Positions 12,712-27,363 of a stretch of DNA of 64,000 bases are shown here, piece after piece (position 1 is the first letter of the stretch; each line of letters begins with the position of its first letter). Origin of the DNA: Hyphochytrium catenoides (taxonomy: Eukaryota > Protista > Hyphochytriomycota); the NCBI GenBank assembly GCA_900088475.1, contig FLMG01000265.1, positions 1-64,000 on the forward strand, given 5' to 3'. Position numbers and translations under genes: made by a program. The notes under the pieces were generated by a model. That model saw only the letters and a program-made list of their open reading frames with translations, made no database searches and had not been told where the DNA came from.

Positions 12712-14303
12712 ATGGCACATAATGTCACTGTAACAAATGGTAAGCGGCTTCTCAAGTACTCGAGGTTGGGCCCATTGAGCTAACCAAGGGCAATAGCTGT
12801 CATGCCAGGAAGTCAAACGAAGAGACAGAAAGTCGCCCCATCCCCGTTAACTACCGACGCTCCCATCCTTCATGATCTTAGACTACCGCTTGCCGCTGTA
12901 ACCACCGACTACAGCGCTCTTGCTCCAGAATCACTCTTTTCCGCTCCGCTGACTCCTGGGTCTGACTTTCACCGGTCAGCTGAGTCAGAGAGTGATAATC
13001 TGAGCTATGAAGATCTAGAGAAGAAGAAGAAGAGGTACTGGGACAATGACCCGCTCTGCGACGTTGAGCATCGCACTCATCAACAATCTTGTTTAGGCTA
13101 GAGAAGAACCGACTGTCGGCCCGGGAGTGCCGACGACGCAAACGAGAGCAGGCAGAGAGTATGGAGATCCGCTGTGAGAAACTTGAGAAGGAGAATGAGG
13201 AGCTCAGATTGCAGCTGAAGGTTCGCGCTTTGGAGCACGTCCTTGCCTCCTGTTGGCTAACCTTCACTTCCCTATGCAGGAAGGTAAGCACGTTATGGAC
13301 CAGGAGGAGGAGGATAAGATGCGGATTTGTATAACGTTGGAAAAGATGGTAGGTAGCCTACTCAGAGATTGTCGTATGCTCTTCTCTTCCTCATCCGTCA
13401 TTTCGTGCCGTGTTTCTAGATCAGAGACGGTGCCAGTGAGGAGGAGATTGCCAAAACGATTGACGGGTTTGAGGCGGTAAGGTTTACAAGCTGGCATCGG
13501 ATGAGTTGAGCCCCTTTGACTAGTGGATTTTACCGCAGAAATACGCGGACTATGGGAATGACAGGCGATCGAAGCTTCGATACCATCTGCAGCAGGTTGA
13601 CCGGCTATTGACACCGACTGAGGTAAACGGTTGCCTAACCCAGGGTTGCGCCATTGCTAATGCACAGCTGCACGGTTCTACCAGGTCACAAAGATGTACA
13701 TGTGGACACTTCAACAAGACGACGACTTCTATAAGGTAAGCTGTTAGGTGGGAAGCCAATATTGCCGTTCTTTAGCTGGATAACAGCCCTATCCATGTGA
13801 TTAGGACACTGACGACACAAGCCTCTCATACATTCTCTACAAAGAGCTCAATCTATCGGATGACCAGAAAAAGCAGATAATCGCTAGGAGGAAGCAGATT
13901 CGTAACATCGGAGACAATATTAGGCGTGCACTGCAGCTTGTAAGGCAGATAACGGAGAAGGTGAGCAGCGTGCCTACGGAGAGCAGCATATTTTCCCTTG
14001 AGTAGTGCATAACCTACTGCTGAATATTACAGATCGAGACTAAAAATGAGACACTAGAGTCAGAGATGCAGAAGTTGCAGTCCATCCTCACACCCACACA
14101 GACAGCCAAGGTCTGGGAGCAGCTTTTCCCCTACTACCCTGGACTGTTATAGGCCCGTGACGACATCCTTCTTCTCTATGCAGTTTATCCTGTGGGTGAC
14201 GGACAATCCTGCATGCTTACATATGCTCAACCAGGTCTGGAATTTAGCTGGTCACGAAGAGCAAAACAAGGAGGATGATTTGCTCCTTGTGAAGTCAGAA
14301 TGA
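12712..14303 (+). CDS. bZIP transcription factor with helical C-terminal domain; multi-exon
   Basis: Basic region/zipper KKKK|RLEKNRLSARECRRRKREQAESMEIRCEKLEKENEELRLQLK. C-terminal KYADYGNDRRSKLRYHLQQVDRLLTPTE...LQSILTPTQTAK|FILWVTDNPACLHMLNQVW. Stop TGA 14301-14303. Confidence 0.88.
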
Positions 14304-15130
14304 CCGCCAGTTTTTGATTGCATCAAACCCACAGGGCTGTGGCATCTATTATTTATCAGGGTAAACGGGGATCGCACTGTGTCCTCTCTTCGCTCAGAAA
14401 TGAAGATCAGTCTTCACTAACCTTCACCACAGCGATATTGAGCTTCTTCTGGAGAGCCAAGAATTGTATTGTTGCCTCAGCCATCGACATCTGCTCTTGC
14501 GGGCATGCTAATCAGAGACAGTCACATGGCCAGGCGGCCAGGCAACCGTTGTTCAGTGTCTAAGCGTCGTTGGACCAGAGCGCGGTTGGCCTCTCAATGA
14601 AGAAAGGAAGCGAAGAGTTGCTTGTGTTTGAAGATGTTCGACACTTTTTGAGTTTATTTGATGAAGAACAAGTGAAATAAGCATAATCTTCAAATTGTAG
14701 TAAATTATGAAACCTTGAAGTGAATTATTGCAGCTAATGGAGACAACATCCAGCATTCAAGCTGTGCATAAGATGGAGATGGAACATGTGAAATATAGTA
14801 TTTTGACATAGGTTGAAGTACAGGAATCAACCCAGCTGAACTTTCCGCTGAAGATTGGGAACTTGCTCCCTCGTCTGCAAAGAACTGGAACTTGGCTTTC
14901 CACATTCATCCGATCTGCGCCTTCGAACGCCTCACCACGGTGATCTCACTCATGCTCCTCAGATCGCTCAAAGTACTTTCATACACGTCTCCAGTCGGTA
15001 GATCTCCTCCCTATTAGAGTGTGGCTCGTCAGTGATACCTTCTACGATAAACGCCAGAGACCTTGTAGACAACGAAAACACTTTTCAAGTGAGTTAAGAG
15101 TCCTTCTCTTGCTTACTCGCAAGCAATAAG

Positions 15131-15791
15131 ATGGCGAAGGAAGGAGCCATTGAGCTCACAGAGCCGCTGGTCGTGGAAGAGCCCCTTTCTCCCCCCAGTG
15201 CAGGTGCAGCTGTGCCGCCCCCAGCTCATTATGAGGTGCCACACTACAATAAGAACAGCTTTAACTATCCCCCCCAACAACCACGGCCAGAACCCGCCAG
15301 GCAGCGTCCGTCAAGGTACCGACCGATGCTAAAGTTGGCAGCCGCGACAGCTGGTGCTTTGACAATAGTCCAGGGCCTTGGGATCATGTTTGCGGGGATG
15401 ATCACCAAGTTCGTGATGGGCTCATTTGTTCTGGCTGCGGGTAAGAAAGCTAGTTGAGCGTAAGTAACGATATACTAATGACGGCTGATCCCCTTTCATA
15501 GGGCTTCTCGTGCTGGGCTATGAACTCCGCGGTATGGGGTTGAAGTCAGTTGACACCTTCGTCAAAACTTGGGTCCCAGTCCTCACGGATGACCTTGGGA
15601 AGTTTGGTCTCTTCTTGTTCCTGAGCTCTCTTTCCTACCAGTCGGCTTACAGCGTTACCTGGAACTCTGTGGTGGTGCTCGTCGACTGCGCAATTGCTGG
15701 AGCTCACGCCGCGCACTACTACTACCTCTCAAGGACACGATCGCGGTCTTATCAATATGACACGACTTCCACAAATTATACCGACATCTGA
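15131..15791 (+). CDS. COPI-associated/TVP15-like multi-pass Golgi membrane protein; 2 exons
   Basis: Pro-rich N-terminus, then hydrophobic helices with G..VL.YE....V..F......L....GKF...LFL, the pattern of the COPI_assoc family. One phase-consistent intron at ~15441-15501. Confidence 0.6.
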
Positions 15792-15965
15792 GCCCATACT
15801 TGTGGATCCCTTTACATTCTAATCTCCGTCTTTCCATTCTTCCACCCTCTCAAGTGTCTCGCTCAGGCTTACAACGTTCAAAAAGCTTTATGAATAAATA
15901 AATGGCTGATCAGGTTGTCCTGTCCCCTTTCGTCCTTGAAAGAGTGGTCCCAGGCCTACGATCTT

Positions 15966-18900
15966 CTACCATAGCGAATTCGTCCATCCTACAATGCTGT
16001 TGGTTGTCGAACTACGCTGCTTTAAGCGCCTCTGAAGGTCATGAAACTCCTCAGGACTGCAAGCAGAGGTCACAAAAGGCAAGGCAGGAGAGCGTGCGTC
16101 AGATTAACGTACTACCATGGTAGACAAACAAAGCCCTAACCTGAACTTCAAAATCTGCGAGATGACCGGGAGCAGAGCCAGGTGCTCACCCGCGTCTTGG
16201 GCCTGAACGTACTTGTATACTACATGCTTCAAATACTGACATTGTCCATGGGGATGAATGCGCGTCAGTATATCACAATGAGCGATGGGTAATAGTCATG
16301 ACGCAAAGGCTAATCTTGAGGCGCATGAAACAAAAGTAGATGAGATCTTCGACGAAGTTGCAATGACCCTACTGTAAATAGGAAGGAAGATAGACTGACC
16401 CTCCTTCGTAGGGTCGGGACGGGCGTGACCTTTTCAACTGGGCAGCGCCTTCAACCTACCTGCACATTCATGTCCGCGTCGGTACCTGATCGCAGAGACC
16501 TTTCGCGGTCAAGGTCCTGTTCCAGCCTTCTCAGTTCACTTTTCAGGAGCAGTTCCTATCCACATTCCATCAGTATCACCACCAAAACGGCGATAGGGGC
16601 TTAGGCTAGACCTGCTCTTTCTGTCTTTCCAGCTGGGTTCGCACTTCGCTCAAATCTTCCATCAACACCGCCATGCGCTGCCTTTCTTGAGCTCTAGCGC
16701 TATTCTCCTTGGCCTCGAGCTGTTCGCCACCCTTGAGGTGAGGACCCGAGAGTTTCCAGCGTGCAGATTTCAAAGCGCCTATACCTGATTTAGTAGAAAC
16801 AGCTTTGGTCCAGATCCCCCTTGGGCTCCAAGCTCTTCACTAAAGCTTCCAGACGATGGCCTCCTTTTGGACTGTAGCCCTTCCTGCCGCTCCATCTCTA
16901 AGAATAGGTTCCCTCGTGCGTCGTTGGGACCCTCCTCGGCTACATCTACAGATCGTTTACGGATCAGAAACAGTACCTATTAGGTCAGGGGGCTAGCGAG
17001 TTCAATGGCAATCTACATTGCCCATACAGCAACAGGCAAAATAGGTCTGCTTGCAGAGCTGTGCGCTTCTTAGGATCTTAGCACAAGGAACCTAGCACAA
17101 GGAATGCAACCACGTTACCTGGACTTCTCTGTTGCTCCCCAGCGGACGGATGGCCCGGCAGCGGGTTACTGTTCTGCCTCTGCTCTCTGGCTGCAGACAA
17201 AGCCATCTTGGCTCTCTCCAGCTCATGCTCCAGGTCATCTTTCTCTCTCTTGAAGGCATCTTTCTCCCTCTCCAGTCGTCTGCACTTTTCGCCGAGCTCT
17301 TCGCGCAACTTTGTCAGCTCTGCTTTCTGCGCCTCATGTAGCTCCTCTTTAGCCTTAGCATAACTTTCATGGGAACATTTCGCAAGGTCATCCGCTAACT
17401 GTTTCTTCATGCTATCAAGCTTGGCCCCAAACTCTATTTTCTGCCTTTCAAGCTCCTGTTCTGCCAGAGCTACTTGCCCTGCAAGTTGGCCCTTTGGGGA
17501 TGAAAGAAAAAGATTCAGACCGTCAGGAAAGAGGAAGTCATACAGCATTCAAGGAGAAGAGGTAGTGTCTAAACCCAATACGCCCATCCAGGAGAGTCAG
17601 AGAAGCTTGAGAATAATGTCTATGGCCCACCCGGAAAACAGCCTAATTGGAGGGAGACAGTCGATCGAAGCTGCGTATTTACCTCCATTTCTTGGACTTT
17701 ATCCTCTGCCCTTTTTAAGGCTTCTACCAGCTTTGCTTTACTAGTGGTCATGGTCTCTATCGCAGCTTTGAACTCCTGTTCCTTCTCTGTCAACAAGGTC
17801 CTCACTCGCTGTCAGGAACGCAGAATTTAGTGGGTCGTTGTTGGGCCATTCACAGGTTGATGACCCCTTCAATGCGGATGAGAAGTACAGAGCAATAGGA
17901 ACGAGGGCCAAGACCATGGGGACTGAACAGGCAGTTGAGAGTGGTAGCGAGGAACATGGATTTGAAGATATTGCGGACACACTAAGCCACGGAGCTTTAC
18001 CTCTTGAGTCAGGTTTTCCGCCTCCTCAGTGGCTCTTTTGAGGGCAGCATGTGACTTGCGCTTGTACTTCTCAAAATCTGTGTTTACCTTCTCCAGCTGC
18101 GAGATGAGTGACAGAGAGCCTTCTCTCAAGTGTTCGACCTCTGCTTTGTGCACATCCTGTACAGCCATGTAGCAAAGAGGTGGCGGAGAAGTTAAAGAGG
18201 TTAATAACAGCTCCTTCCAACCATTGACCGGAAGCAAGTCTGTGAACCAGTCGAATACCTTGACATGAGCTCTCGCCTAAATCACTCACCTGCAGAATGG
18301 GTGGCCAGTCGTGTTCATTTGCACGGCTTCGCCCTTCTCTTTGCCACAATTGGCACTGCTCAAGTGTTACCCAGTGAGGAACTTGGCGATGCTGGTTAAT
18401 GGACAAAGGCGGCTCTGCACAGTCGTCGCTCGCACGTGGTTTATCTTCCTTTGCAATGTTGGGGTTCTCTGCCTCTCTGTTGTGGTTCTCTGCACTCTTA
18501 TCAGGGTAGTCCACGTAGCACCATGTCTCCCCGTTAACGATAACTCGAAGCCGCAATAAAAACACCGAGGGTGGTGGGGGTTCTGCGGTGATGGCACTAA
18601 TCTCCGTCTCCCGCAACTTTCAGAGGACAGATTCAGATGTTCCAGATATGGTTAGAAAAAGTATTATCGCCGCGTAAGTATGCGCTAAGATGCGGGGCAG
18701 CCGATATCAAAGAGATGGAGGGGATGATGAGGGAAGATTGCGTAACGCAGAGAGACAAAGGAAGAGCGCTTACCTTAAGAAGTCTCTGTGTCTTGGCTAG
18801 CAGGATTTTGTACTTCTTCACTTTCTCCTCACCATCCTCTGCCCTTGAGCTTGTCGTTTCTAACTCGGACTTGAGTTGGTTCGAACTTTCCTCAAGAAGG

Positions 18901-21900
18901 ATGCATCTTTCTTCCTGCAACTTTGCCTTTCTGCGCCAGCTCCCCCGGGACCATACGAGGAAAGCATATTGTGTTTGGTCCTCTTTCGTTCTTCTCTTGC
19001 CCATCAAGAAGGATGACAGGAAGGAGAGCGCTGCTTTGACGCGAAGACTCTGACATGTCGCTGTAAGCGAATGAACCTACGTATAGCAGATATGGCGTGA
19101 GGTCGGTAATACGAGGAACAAAGACCTTCGAACGATTCTAGCGTTTCCCAATTCAGCGGAACCACTTCGCTGTCTCTCTCTTTCTGCCAGACACACATAC
19201 ACAGTCTCTCACCCTCCCCAGTCTCTCTTTCTCTCCTGTATTCAAACGGTTTACCAATGGGATAACTCCTCGTCCTTCAAAAACTCCTAGAGAACCTACC
19301 TGGTCCTGTAAGGTGGTCAACTGCGCTCCGGTGGTTTCAGCGTTAACTTTTAGCTGGTGTAGCTCTTTGACATGTTCCTCTCGCATCGCCTCCAGTGCGG
19401 CTAGCTGCTTCTCCTTCCCAGCAGAGATTTCAAAGTTTTTCTTCCAATTTTCCTTTTCTTCTCGTTCCCATTCCAGCATTTGTCGCATCTCTTGTACGTC
19501 ACTCTCCATGGCCACTTTCTCCGCGTTCCACCTTTCAAAGCTCCGGCGCAGCCCTTCATCTAACAAGGTTTTGATTCTGTTTATGCGCATCATGACGCTT
19601 AAGCCCATGTCCTCTGTATGACCCTGTTCCATGAATGTTGTCTCGTTTGGCCGCTTCCTTTCACTGGAAGCCTCAAAAATCTGAGCTTCAATCCTTGCGT
19701 CTCCTGCCACTGCTCAACAAAGGGTGAAGGGAACAGATGGCCAAAGGAGATAAGCATCAGCACTAGTTCTATAGCTAGCAGTGCAGCAACGTAGGTTAAG
19801 GTCCGACGCAGTCTGGAGTAGGACGAACTGAACTTTATACAATCATTGGTTGACCGGAGCAATCAAAAGCCAGGAGAATCGACGGATTTACCTTCCTTGC
19901 TTTCCTCTCTCCCCCTGAGATCTCTGAGCTCTTGCTGCATCTGTTCTGCTTGCTGTGCTAAGGCTAGAAGCAAGCTCCGTAACTTTTGAAGTCTCTCCGG
20001 TAACTGACTCTGAAGACCACGCAGTCGCTCTGCCAAGTTCTCACCTTCTGCCCCTGACGGCCGACGAGAGCCAAGACCTGACGAAGGAGGAGGAGGAGAG
20101 GGTGCACAAGAAGGAATGGCGTCTCCACCTACTAAAGGCGTAGCTCTTGCCTTTTCGCTGCCGCCGAGAAAATTGTCCACAATGACCTCGATCTCAGCAG
20201 CAGCTCTTGCAAGATTTCCAAACTGAAAAGAATTGCAAGTGAGAGATGTGTGAGCCATGAGGATGCGTTCTGAAATTAGCATGGGCGACAGAGTCTTAAT
20301 AGTCAGTGGTCGGACTCACCATGTGTCCTGCCCTACGCTGACTCTCCCGTTTTCCCTCTTCTAGTTGCCTCCTTTGTTCAGCTTCTTGCTCCTCTTTGGC
20401 CTTCTGCGACTCTTCCAACTCTTTCAGTCTCAGTTTCCAATGCGCTTCTTCCTGTCTCCTCGCTGTGTCGCTTTCCTCATCCACTTTTCTCTGAGCCCTC
20501 AGGATTTGAAGGTCGCTTAGCGCCTGAAGTAGCTGCGCCTGGGTTGCTTCTGTCTCTTGCTGAAGTTTTGAGATCGAGGTCCTGTGTTCTTGCACCATGT
20601 TCGCCCTCTGCTCCTCCAACGTCTGCAGCTTGTCTAATATCTCCCGCTGCTCTGCTTTCAAGTTCTCCTGCTGCATCTCCTGGGTCTCTAGCTTTTGCGT
20701 TAGCTCCCGCTCCCTTTGGTCACTTTCATGAAGCTCTCTCTCCAACCTCTGCACGTTGTCAGACAAAAGGTTTCGACTTCTCTCTCCTTGCTTCTTGTCT
20801 TCCTGGACTGTCTGCATATTTGCCTCTAACTCATGCCGGAGCTTTTCCTTTGTGTTGACTTCCTCCCTTAGCTGACCTAAGGTTTCTTTGAGATCCTGGA
20901 GTTCTTTTTCCCTCGACTGCTGCCTTTGCTCGCTTTCCTGCTTTAGGGCGCTGAGCTCCTTGCATTTATCTTGGAGGGCCTTGCACTTTAGCAGAATATC
21001 CTTCAGTTTGCCAGTCAACTTTTTGTTCTCTGAAGGGGTGATGGTGATCAGAGCGAAACTTGGTTTAGTCTGAATATTGAAGAAGAGCGCGGAAGATAGG
21101 ACACACTTCAAGGCAAGCAAAGACATGCTGATGGTGGTAGGAGGCGTAGTCTGCAGACTGCCAAGCAAGGGCTACAGGCCAGGGGATTCAAATAATCCTC
21201 AAAGAGAAGTAGGTATCGGAACGTGGGAGAGCTGTCTCCTCTTACCCTCTGTCACCTCCCCCAGGCGCCGAGAAGAATGCCGGAGCTCCTCCTCTACAGC
21301 TTCTTTCTGTTGGTCCCGAGATCTTAGGACACCTTGGATCTGCGCGACTAAAGAAGTAGCTACCGTCGTGTCTTCTTTCTTCTCTCCTCCATTTGGTAAT
21401 AGTGCCCCTAGAATGTCCAGCACCTCAGACTTCTCAGACTCAACAAGTTGCTTTAATTGCGCTACTTGTTGGAGCTCTAACTCTATTCTCTCTCTTTTAG
21501 TGTTCGCCACATTCACATCGTTTTCTAACTCCTTTATCCTTGCTTGAGCATCTTGTGCTCCCATGTGGGCAGCGAGAAGCTTCTTTTCTAATTCTTCCAC
21601 TAGGGTGTGGCCCTGGTCTAGTTCCACTTTATATGCGGTCTCTCGCTCTTTCCATGCTTGCTTTTCACCAGCAAGTTCCCGCGTAGTCTCCTCTTTGGAA
21701 GCATGCTCACGCTTCAGCTCTTCCTCCGCCACTTCCTTTTGCCGTTGCACCTCTTGAAAGTTTGTTCTTTGTTCCATCGTCTGCTGTTGTGCTTGCTGGA
21801 GCTCAAGTAACAATCTGTCTCTCTCATTGGTCAAATCGTTAAGCCTCTGTTCCCATGCTTCTCTTTGGCTCCGACTACTGTCGCGTGCCTCTGTTAACTC

Positions 21901-24900
21901 CTTTTGAAGTATCTCGCGACCATCTTCCGCTTGTTGCAACCTTTCCCTCATATCTACCAATTCTCTCTCTCTTTCCATCTCTTTCAGCCTCATGGTCTCT
22001 GTGTCTCTTTCCCTCTCAGCCTCTTTGGTCTTCATCTCCCTAACTTGCATTTCTCTGCCTTTCTCCTTTTCCAGCTCCTCGGCTTCTCTTGATTTGGCCA
22101 AACTTTGAAGAGTGGTGTACTTCTGATGCAACAGTTTGAGCTTCTTCTGTCCTTCTTCCAACTTTCTGGTCACGACGGCATATTCTTCTTCTCTTTCCCT
22201 CCACTTTTCCACCGCTATCTCGCCTGCTTTCACTAGCTCATTTGTTGAGCTCTCATTGGCGAGTAGAGCCGGAAGAGACGGGGAAAATGACAAAAAGACT
22301 GGCGTAAGGGTGGTTGTAAGCCTGTTAAAGGCCTCGTTCTTATTCTTCAGCACGAGTTTCTCCGAAGCTTCATCCTCTTCCATTTTCCTTTGTTGATTTT
22401 TGAGCTCTTCCAATTCCTTTTGGAGCCGAGTTATTCTTCGCTCGTACTCTGCGGAAGCTTCCTTTGCCCTGATTGCGTCTTCATCTGCTTCCTTGCAGCG
22501 GCGGATCTGTTCTCCAGTCCTAGCTTGAAGTTGTACTCGCAAACTTGAGAGATCCTGGGTAAGCTCATCTATCTTCATATCCTGTTCCTGTCTCTGTTGG
22601 GTGAGCTGCTCGATATCACACCTCCACCGCAATTCGTCCTCTTTAGCCCTCGCAAGTTGTGTCTTCATATCTTCGGCTCCCTGAGCCAGGTTTTGCATCT
22701 CTTCTACATTCCTTTGCCAAGTAGCCCGATGTCTTTGACTCGTATGCCCTTGCTCATCCTTGAGACCCTCTCTTCTTTCCCTTCTGCTACTTTCGGCATC
22801 GGCCAGTGTGAAAGCTAGTTGCTCTTTGTACTCCTGTCCCTTCTTGTGAAGAATCTTCAACTTTGAACTAAGCTCGGCAAGCTTGTTTCTCAGCCGTTGG
22901 ACCTCATCTCCATCGCTGCTAACCTTTGTTGGAAGTGCTTCCCCTTCTGAACCTTGGGAGACCTTTGATCGATCCTGTTCCTGGGCTTCATGCTCTCCTT
23001 TCTGTGCTGATAGCTCCTGATGCCCTCGCCTTTTCAGGGCAAGAATTCGGTCCAGGAGCAAGTGCTTCTTCTGTTCTAGCTCGCTCAAATAACCTGCGTT
23101 AAGCCCAGGAAAGAACGACGTGAGTCTCTCGCAGCGTGACAGAGATTGATCTGTTATCACTCGCAATAACAAGAGATCTTACCTTCATCTGAAGTGGTTT
23201 GCTCAGCGACATTACCGATTTGCTCGCCTGCAGCATTGAGCAGCGTCACAAGCGTCGACAAGAAGTACCTAAATAGTCGTTGTTCTTTGCTTCCTTGCTC
23301 CTCATGCACGAGTTGGGGTAGAGTTATCGCTACCTCCTTGTCGCCTTCAGTTTTGCCCTTCTGGGAGGTTGTTCCTTTCTTTTGCAGAAGTTCCATGTTC
23401 TTTCTCTGCAGCGCTCGAAGCTTTCCAACAAGCTCTCCTATCTTCTTCTTCAGAGCTGACTCCGTCTCCGCCGACTTCTTAGCTAGGGCCTCGTACTTTA
23501 CTTGCAGCTCTTGTTCCTGTTCTCCCGTGGCTGAGTTCGTGACTCCGTATTCTGCTTTCGGTGGCTGTTTGTCTTTTTCCTGCAATCCTGATGCCAGTTC
23601 ACTGCTGGGCTCCGCTGCTCCTTGCCTCATTCCAGGCTCTCGGTGGCTGGGTTCCTCTCCCCCGTCCGTGCCTTCTCCTTTCCGTAGTCTCAACCGCAAT
23701 GCTTGCAATTCCTGCTTACTCAAGGATAACTCAGTATCTAGCGCTTTCTTCTCCTGTTGCGCCTTCCGTAGCTCCTCCTCTCTCAGGGTCCGCATGGCAT
23801 CCAGGTCTCGACACAGAGCAACATTCATGCTCTTGACCTTCTCAAGTTCGTCTTGAAGCGCAAAGGCTGGCTCCATCTTCTCCTGTTTCCTTCCTCTACC
23901 TAACCGCGCCGTCTCTTCGCCCATTGAGTTCAGCTCTCTCTCGCTCTCCTTGCTGAGACCGTCCACAGCAGCAGCTTCTCTCGTAAGACTATTCTCTCGC
24001 TCGTTGGCTCTTTCCGCGCTCCTTTCTGCCTCAGTTGTAGCATCATCGAGTGCAGTGCTCTTCCGAAGTCCTGCGGGGGGCGTGCGGGTATCTTGAAGGG
24101 ACAACAAAGCCTCCTCAGTACCCTGTTGTAGCTTTGCCAGCTTATCTGATTGCACTTTCAGCGGCTGTTCGCGTTCCATCAGTTCCCGCCGACCTTGTTC
24201 AAGAATCTTCGCTCTTTCTTCCACCTTGTCACGGTACTGGCGAAAGGTAAGCTCCAGCTCGTCTGATCGCAGCTTCTGTCTTTCGCTTTCTTCCTGTATC
24301 AGTTCTAGCCTCTCTTCCAAAGATTGTCGGGCAAATTCCGATTGCTTCATTTGCTCTTCCAAGAGCCCCGTCCTGTGTTCTTCTCCCTCTTGCTTAGCAA
24401 TCAAGCCTTGAAGGCGCTGTCGCAGCTCGTGCTCTTCCTTCCTCCACATAGCCTCAGCTTCCCGCCATGCGCTCTCCTTCCCTTCCAGTGTAGTTAGCGC
24501 AGAAGCAGCTGATGTACGAAGTTTCTCTTCACTTATCATCCAACTTCTCTCTTTTTCTCTGACCCTACTCTCCAGCTCTTGCTCTATTCTTTGGCGCTCA
24601 ATTGCGTCTTCCATGAGCTTCTGACTTGATTCCTGTGCGTCCACCTTGAGCTTGGCGATATCTCGCTGAAGTCCATCTCTCTCCTTTTTCAGCATTTGAA
24701 GAGAAGTCTGCCAATCTTCCTTCTCTGCATTAAAAGCAGCCAATAAAGCTTCATTATCGCGTAGTAGCATTTGATTTCGCTCTTGTGCATTCAAAAGCTC
24801 CTTCTCCGTCGCGTCCCTGGCAGCAGACGAGTCTTCAAGTGAAAGCCGTAGCCTTTCCACCTCTTCCGCCTGTCGATGCCGCTCGGCGCTTTTGACCTCT

Positions 24901-27322
24901 ATCGCGACGGCTGCTATCTGTGATTTCATGGCCTCTTCCTGCCTCTGCCGTTCTGCCTCTCCTTCTTGCAGCAAACACTCCGCTTTAGCGAGAGCGGACT
25001 TCAATGCTTCCTCTCTTTTTTCCCATGCTGCCTTTTCTTCTTCTAAGGATGAACTTGCAGACAGTGCTGATTGTAATCTCTGCTCCCCAGATTCCCTATC
25101 GTCTTCTCTTGCTCGCAAATCGTGACGCACGGATTCTAAGTTTGAGAGAAGGTCCTGTTCCCTCCTTTCCCAATCTTCTTGGCCCCGCGTGAGTGTCGAG
25201 ACTGCCGTTTGCAGAGCCGTCTCTAGCTCCCCTCTCTCTCTATTCCAAGCTGCTTCCTGAACTTGAAGCAATTTGAGCGCCGTTTGGGTGGCTTCGAGGG
25301 ACGATATCAGCGATTTCTCTCTTGCCACCCACTCAGACTGCTTCTCTTCCAGCGTGGTGAGAGCCAAGGAACCCTTCAGCATTATTTCGTCTTCCTTCGC
25401 TGCCCATTCTGCATCCTTCTCACGTAGTAAAGACAGCGCAGACTGAAGCTGTCCTTGGAGGGCTTCCTCCCTCCTTTCCCAGTCTACCTTAGATTCAGTG
25501 ATAGTGGAAAGTGCATCGTTGAGGGACATTAATAACTCCTGTTCCTTCTTCTTTCCCTGCTCTTCCTTTTCAGTAAGGCTGGAGATAGCCTGCTCTAGCC
25601 GTCGCTGATAATCAAGCTCTCGCTGTTCCCACTCCTTTTGTTGCATAGCCAGACTAGACTGCTCTGAAGTTGCCGCTGCAAGTGCAGACGCCTGTTCTTG
25701 CACTTTCTCCTTAAGCTCTGCTTCTATTTCCTTCGCTGCAAAATTGCTAGCCATGAGAGCTGCTTCGAGCTCTGCTTCTCTCCTCTTCCACTCCAACTCT
25801 CTGCCGCTTAGAAGAGATAGCGCCCCACTAGCTTCTGACCGAAGTACCTCTTCTCCCTTCTTGTACTCCTCCTCCTTCACTGCCAAGGAGGAAATGGCAG
25901 CATCTAGGGCACCTTGTAAAGTTTTCTCTACAACTTTGTGCTCCTGCTCTTGTCTACCGAGAGATGAAAGGGCGTCCTCTAAAGTAAACGCGAGCCTTTC
26001 ATCCTTTTCCTTCATTTGCTCCTCAGCTCTCCTCAGTCTGATTTGTAAGCTCTCAATTTCTGCCCTAAGGCTCTGTCCTCTTCTTCCCGAATCTTCGCAT
26101 AAAGCTCTCAGTTCTCTCTCCCTTTCTTTACCAGCCTGCTCCTGCTCCGACAACTTGAATTCAGTAGAAGAGTCCTTCGCCTGGTGCTCTTCCTCAAGTC
26201 TTTTTAGTTCAACCTCCTTGTCTTTCAAGGCCGAAAGTAGCAAAGCTATCTGAGCGTTCCGCTCTCCCTCAATTCTAGTCCATTCTTCAACTCTCACATC
26301 TCTGTCTCTTGACGAAGCCTTAAGGAGCTCCAGAGACCTTTGGAGCTCTGTTTCCCTTGCTTTGTTTCCATCTGCCTGCTGTTCCAGGACAGATATCGTT
26401 ACCCGCATATGTTCGAGCGACGACCGAAGTCGCGCTGTTTCCTCCTCTAGTTCTCTGCACTTGGCTTGTGCCTCTAATAGCGTTGCCTCGCGTCGTATCA
26501 ATTCTTCTTTCGAAGCTTGGACCTCACTATGGGACTTCTCAAGTGCCGAACTGAGTCGCGCTATCTCTGTCTTGAAGTTTTGTCCTTCATCGTTCCTCTT
26601 TTTTTCCTCCTCACGCCTTCTCTCTTCTTCGTCCTTCGCCGTTTTTTCTGCTGCTTGCGAAGTTGCCTGCAGGGCTTTGGCTTGACTTTGAAGACTTAGG
26701 AACTTTCCAGCAGCGTCCTTTAACCGAACCTTTAGTTGTTGATTCTCAGATTTCACATCTAGGAGCGCCTTCATACTCTGTTCGAGTTCGGACACTAGCA
26801 TTAGACAAGAGTAATTAGTTGATTAGATCCACGGGAAGCGCATTATGAGGTTCCTATCGGACCCCATCCCGCATTTAAAAGATTCTTACGGGTGGAAACC
26901 TGAGCCAGCCGGAAGACTGATGCCAGCTCGCCTTCTTTCTGTTGGCTGACACCGCTTTCGTCTGTGGCCTTCAGTAGAGTTCCTTGACCAGCCTCTTCTG
27001 AACAAAAAAAGAAGTGAGATGACGTCAATAAAGGGAGACAAATGTTGTGTTAGTCGAAGATGTGGAACTCCTGTGGACCGGGAGAACCCTTTCATCAAGA
27101 GAAGGTAGAGTACATGCTGGCTGAACTTAAAACGCGCTAACCTTTAAGCTTCTTATACTTTTCGTTGAGTCCGCTGTACTGAGCACTGAGCTCCTTTAGC
27201 GTTTCAGTCAACTTCTGATTCTCCGATCGTAAGTCATTCTCTGCAAAGAAAGATCGCAGCCATCAGACTCTGCTTCCCTAGCTTAAGATTACTGTCTCGC
27301 TGTGGAGCTTAGCATCTCTCAA

Positions 27323-27363
<41 letters not shown>

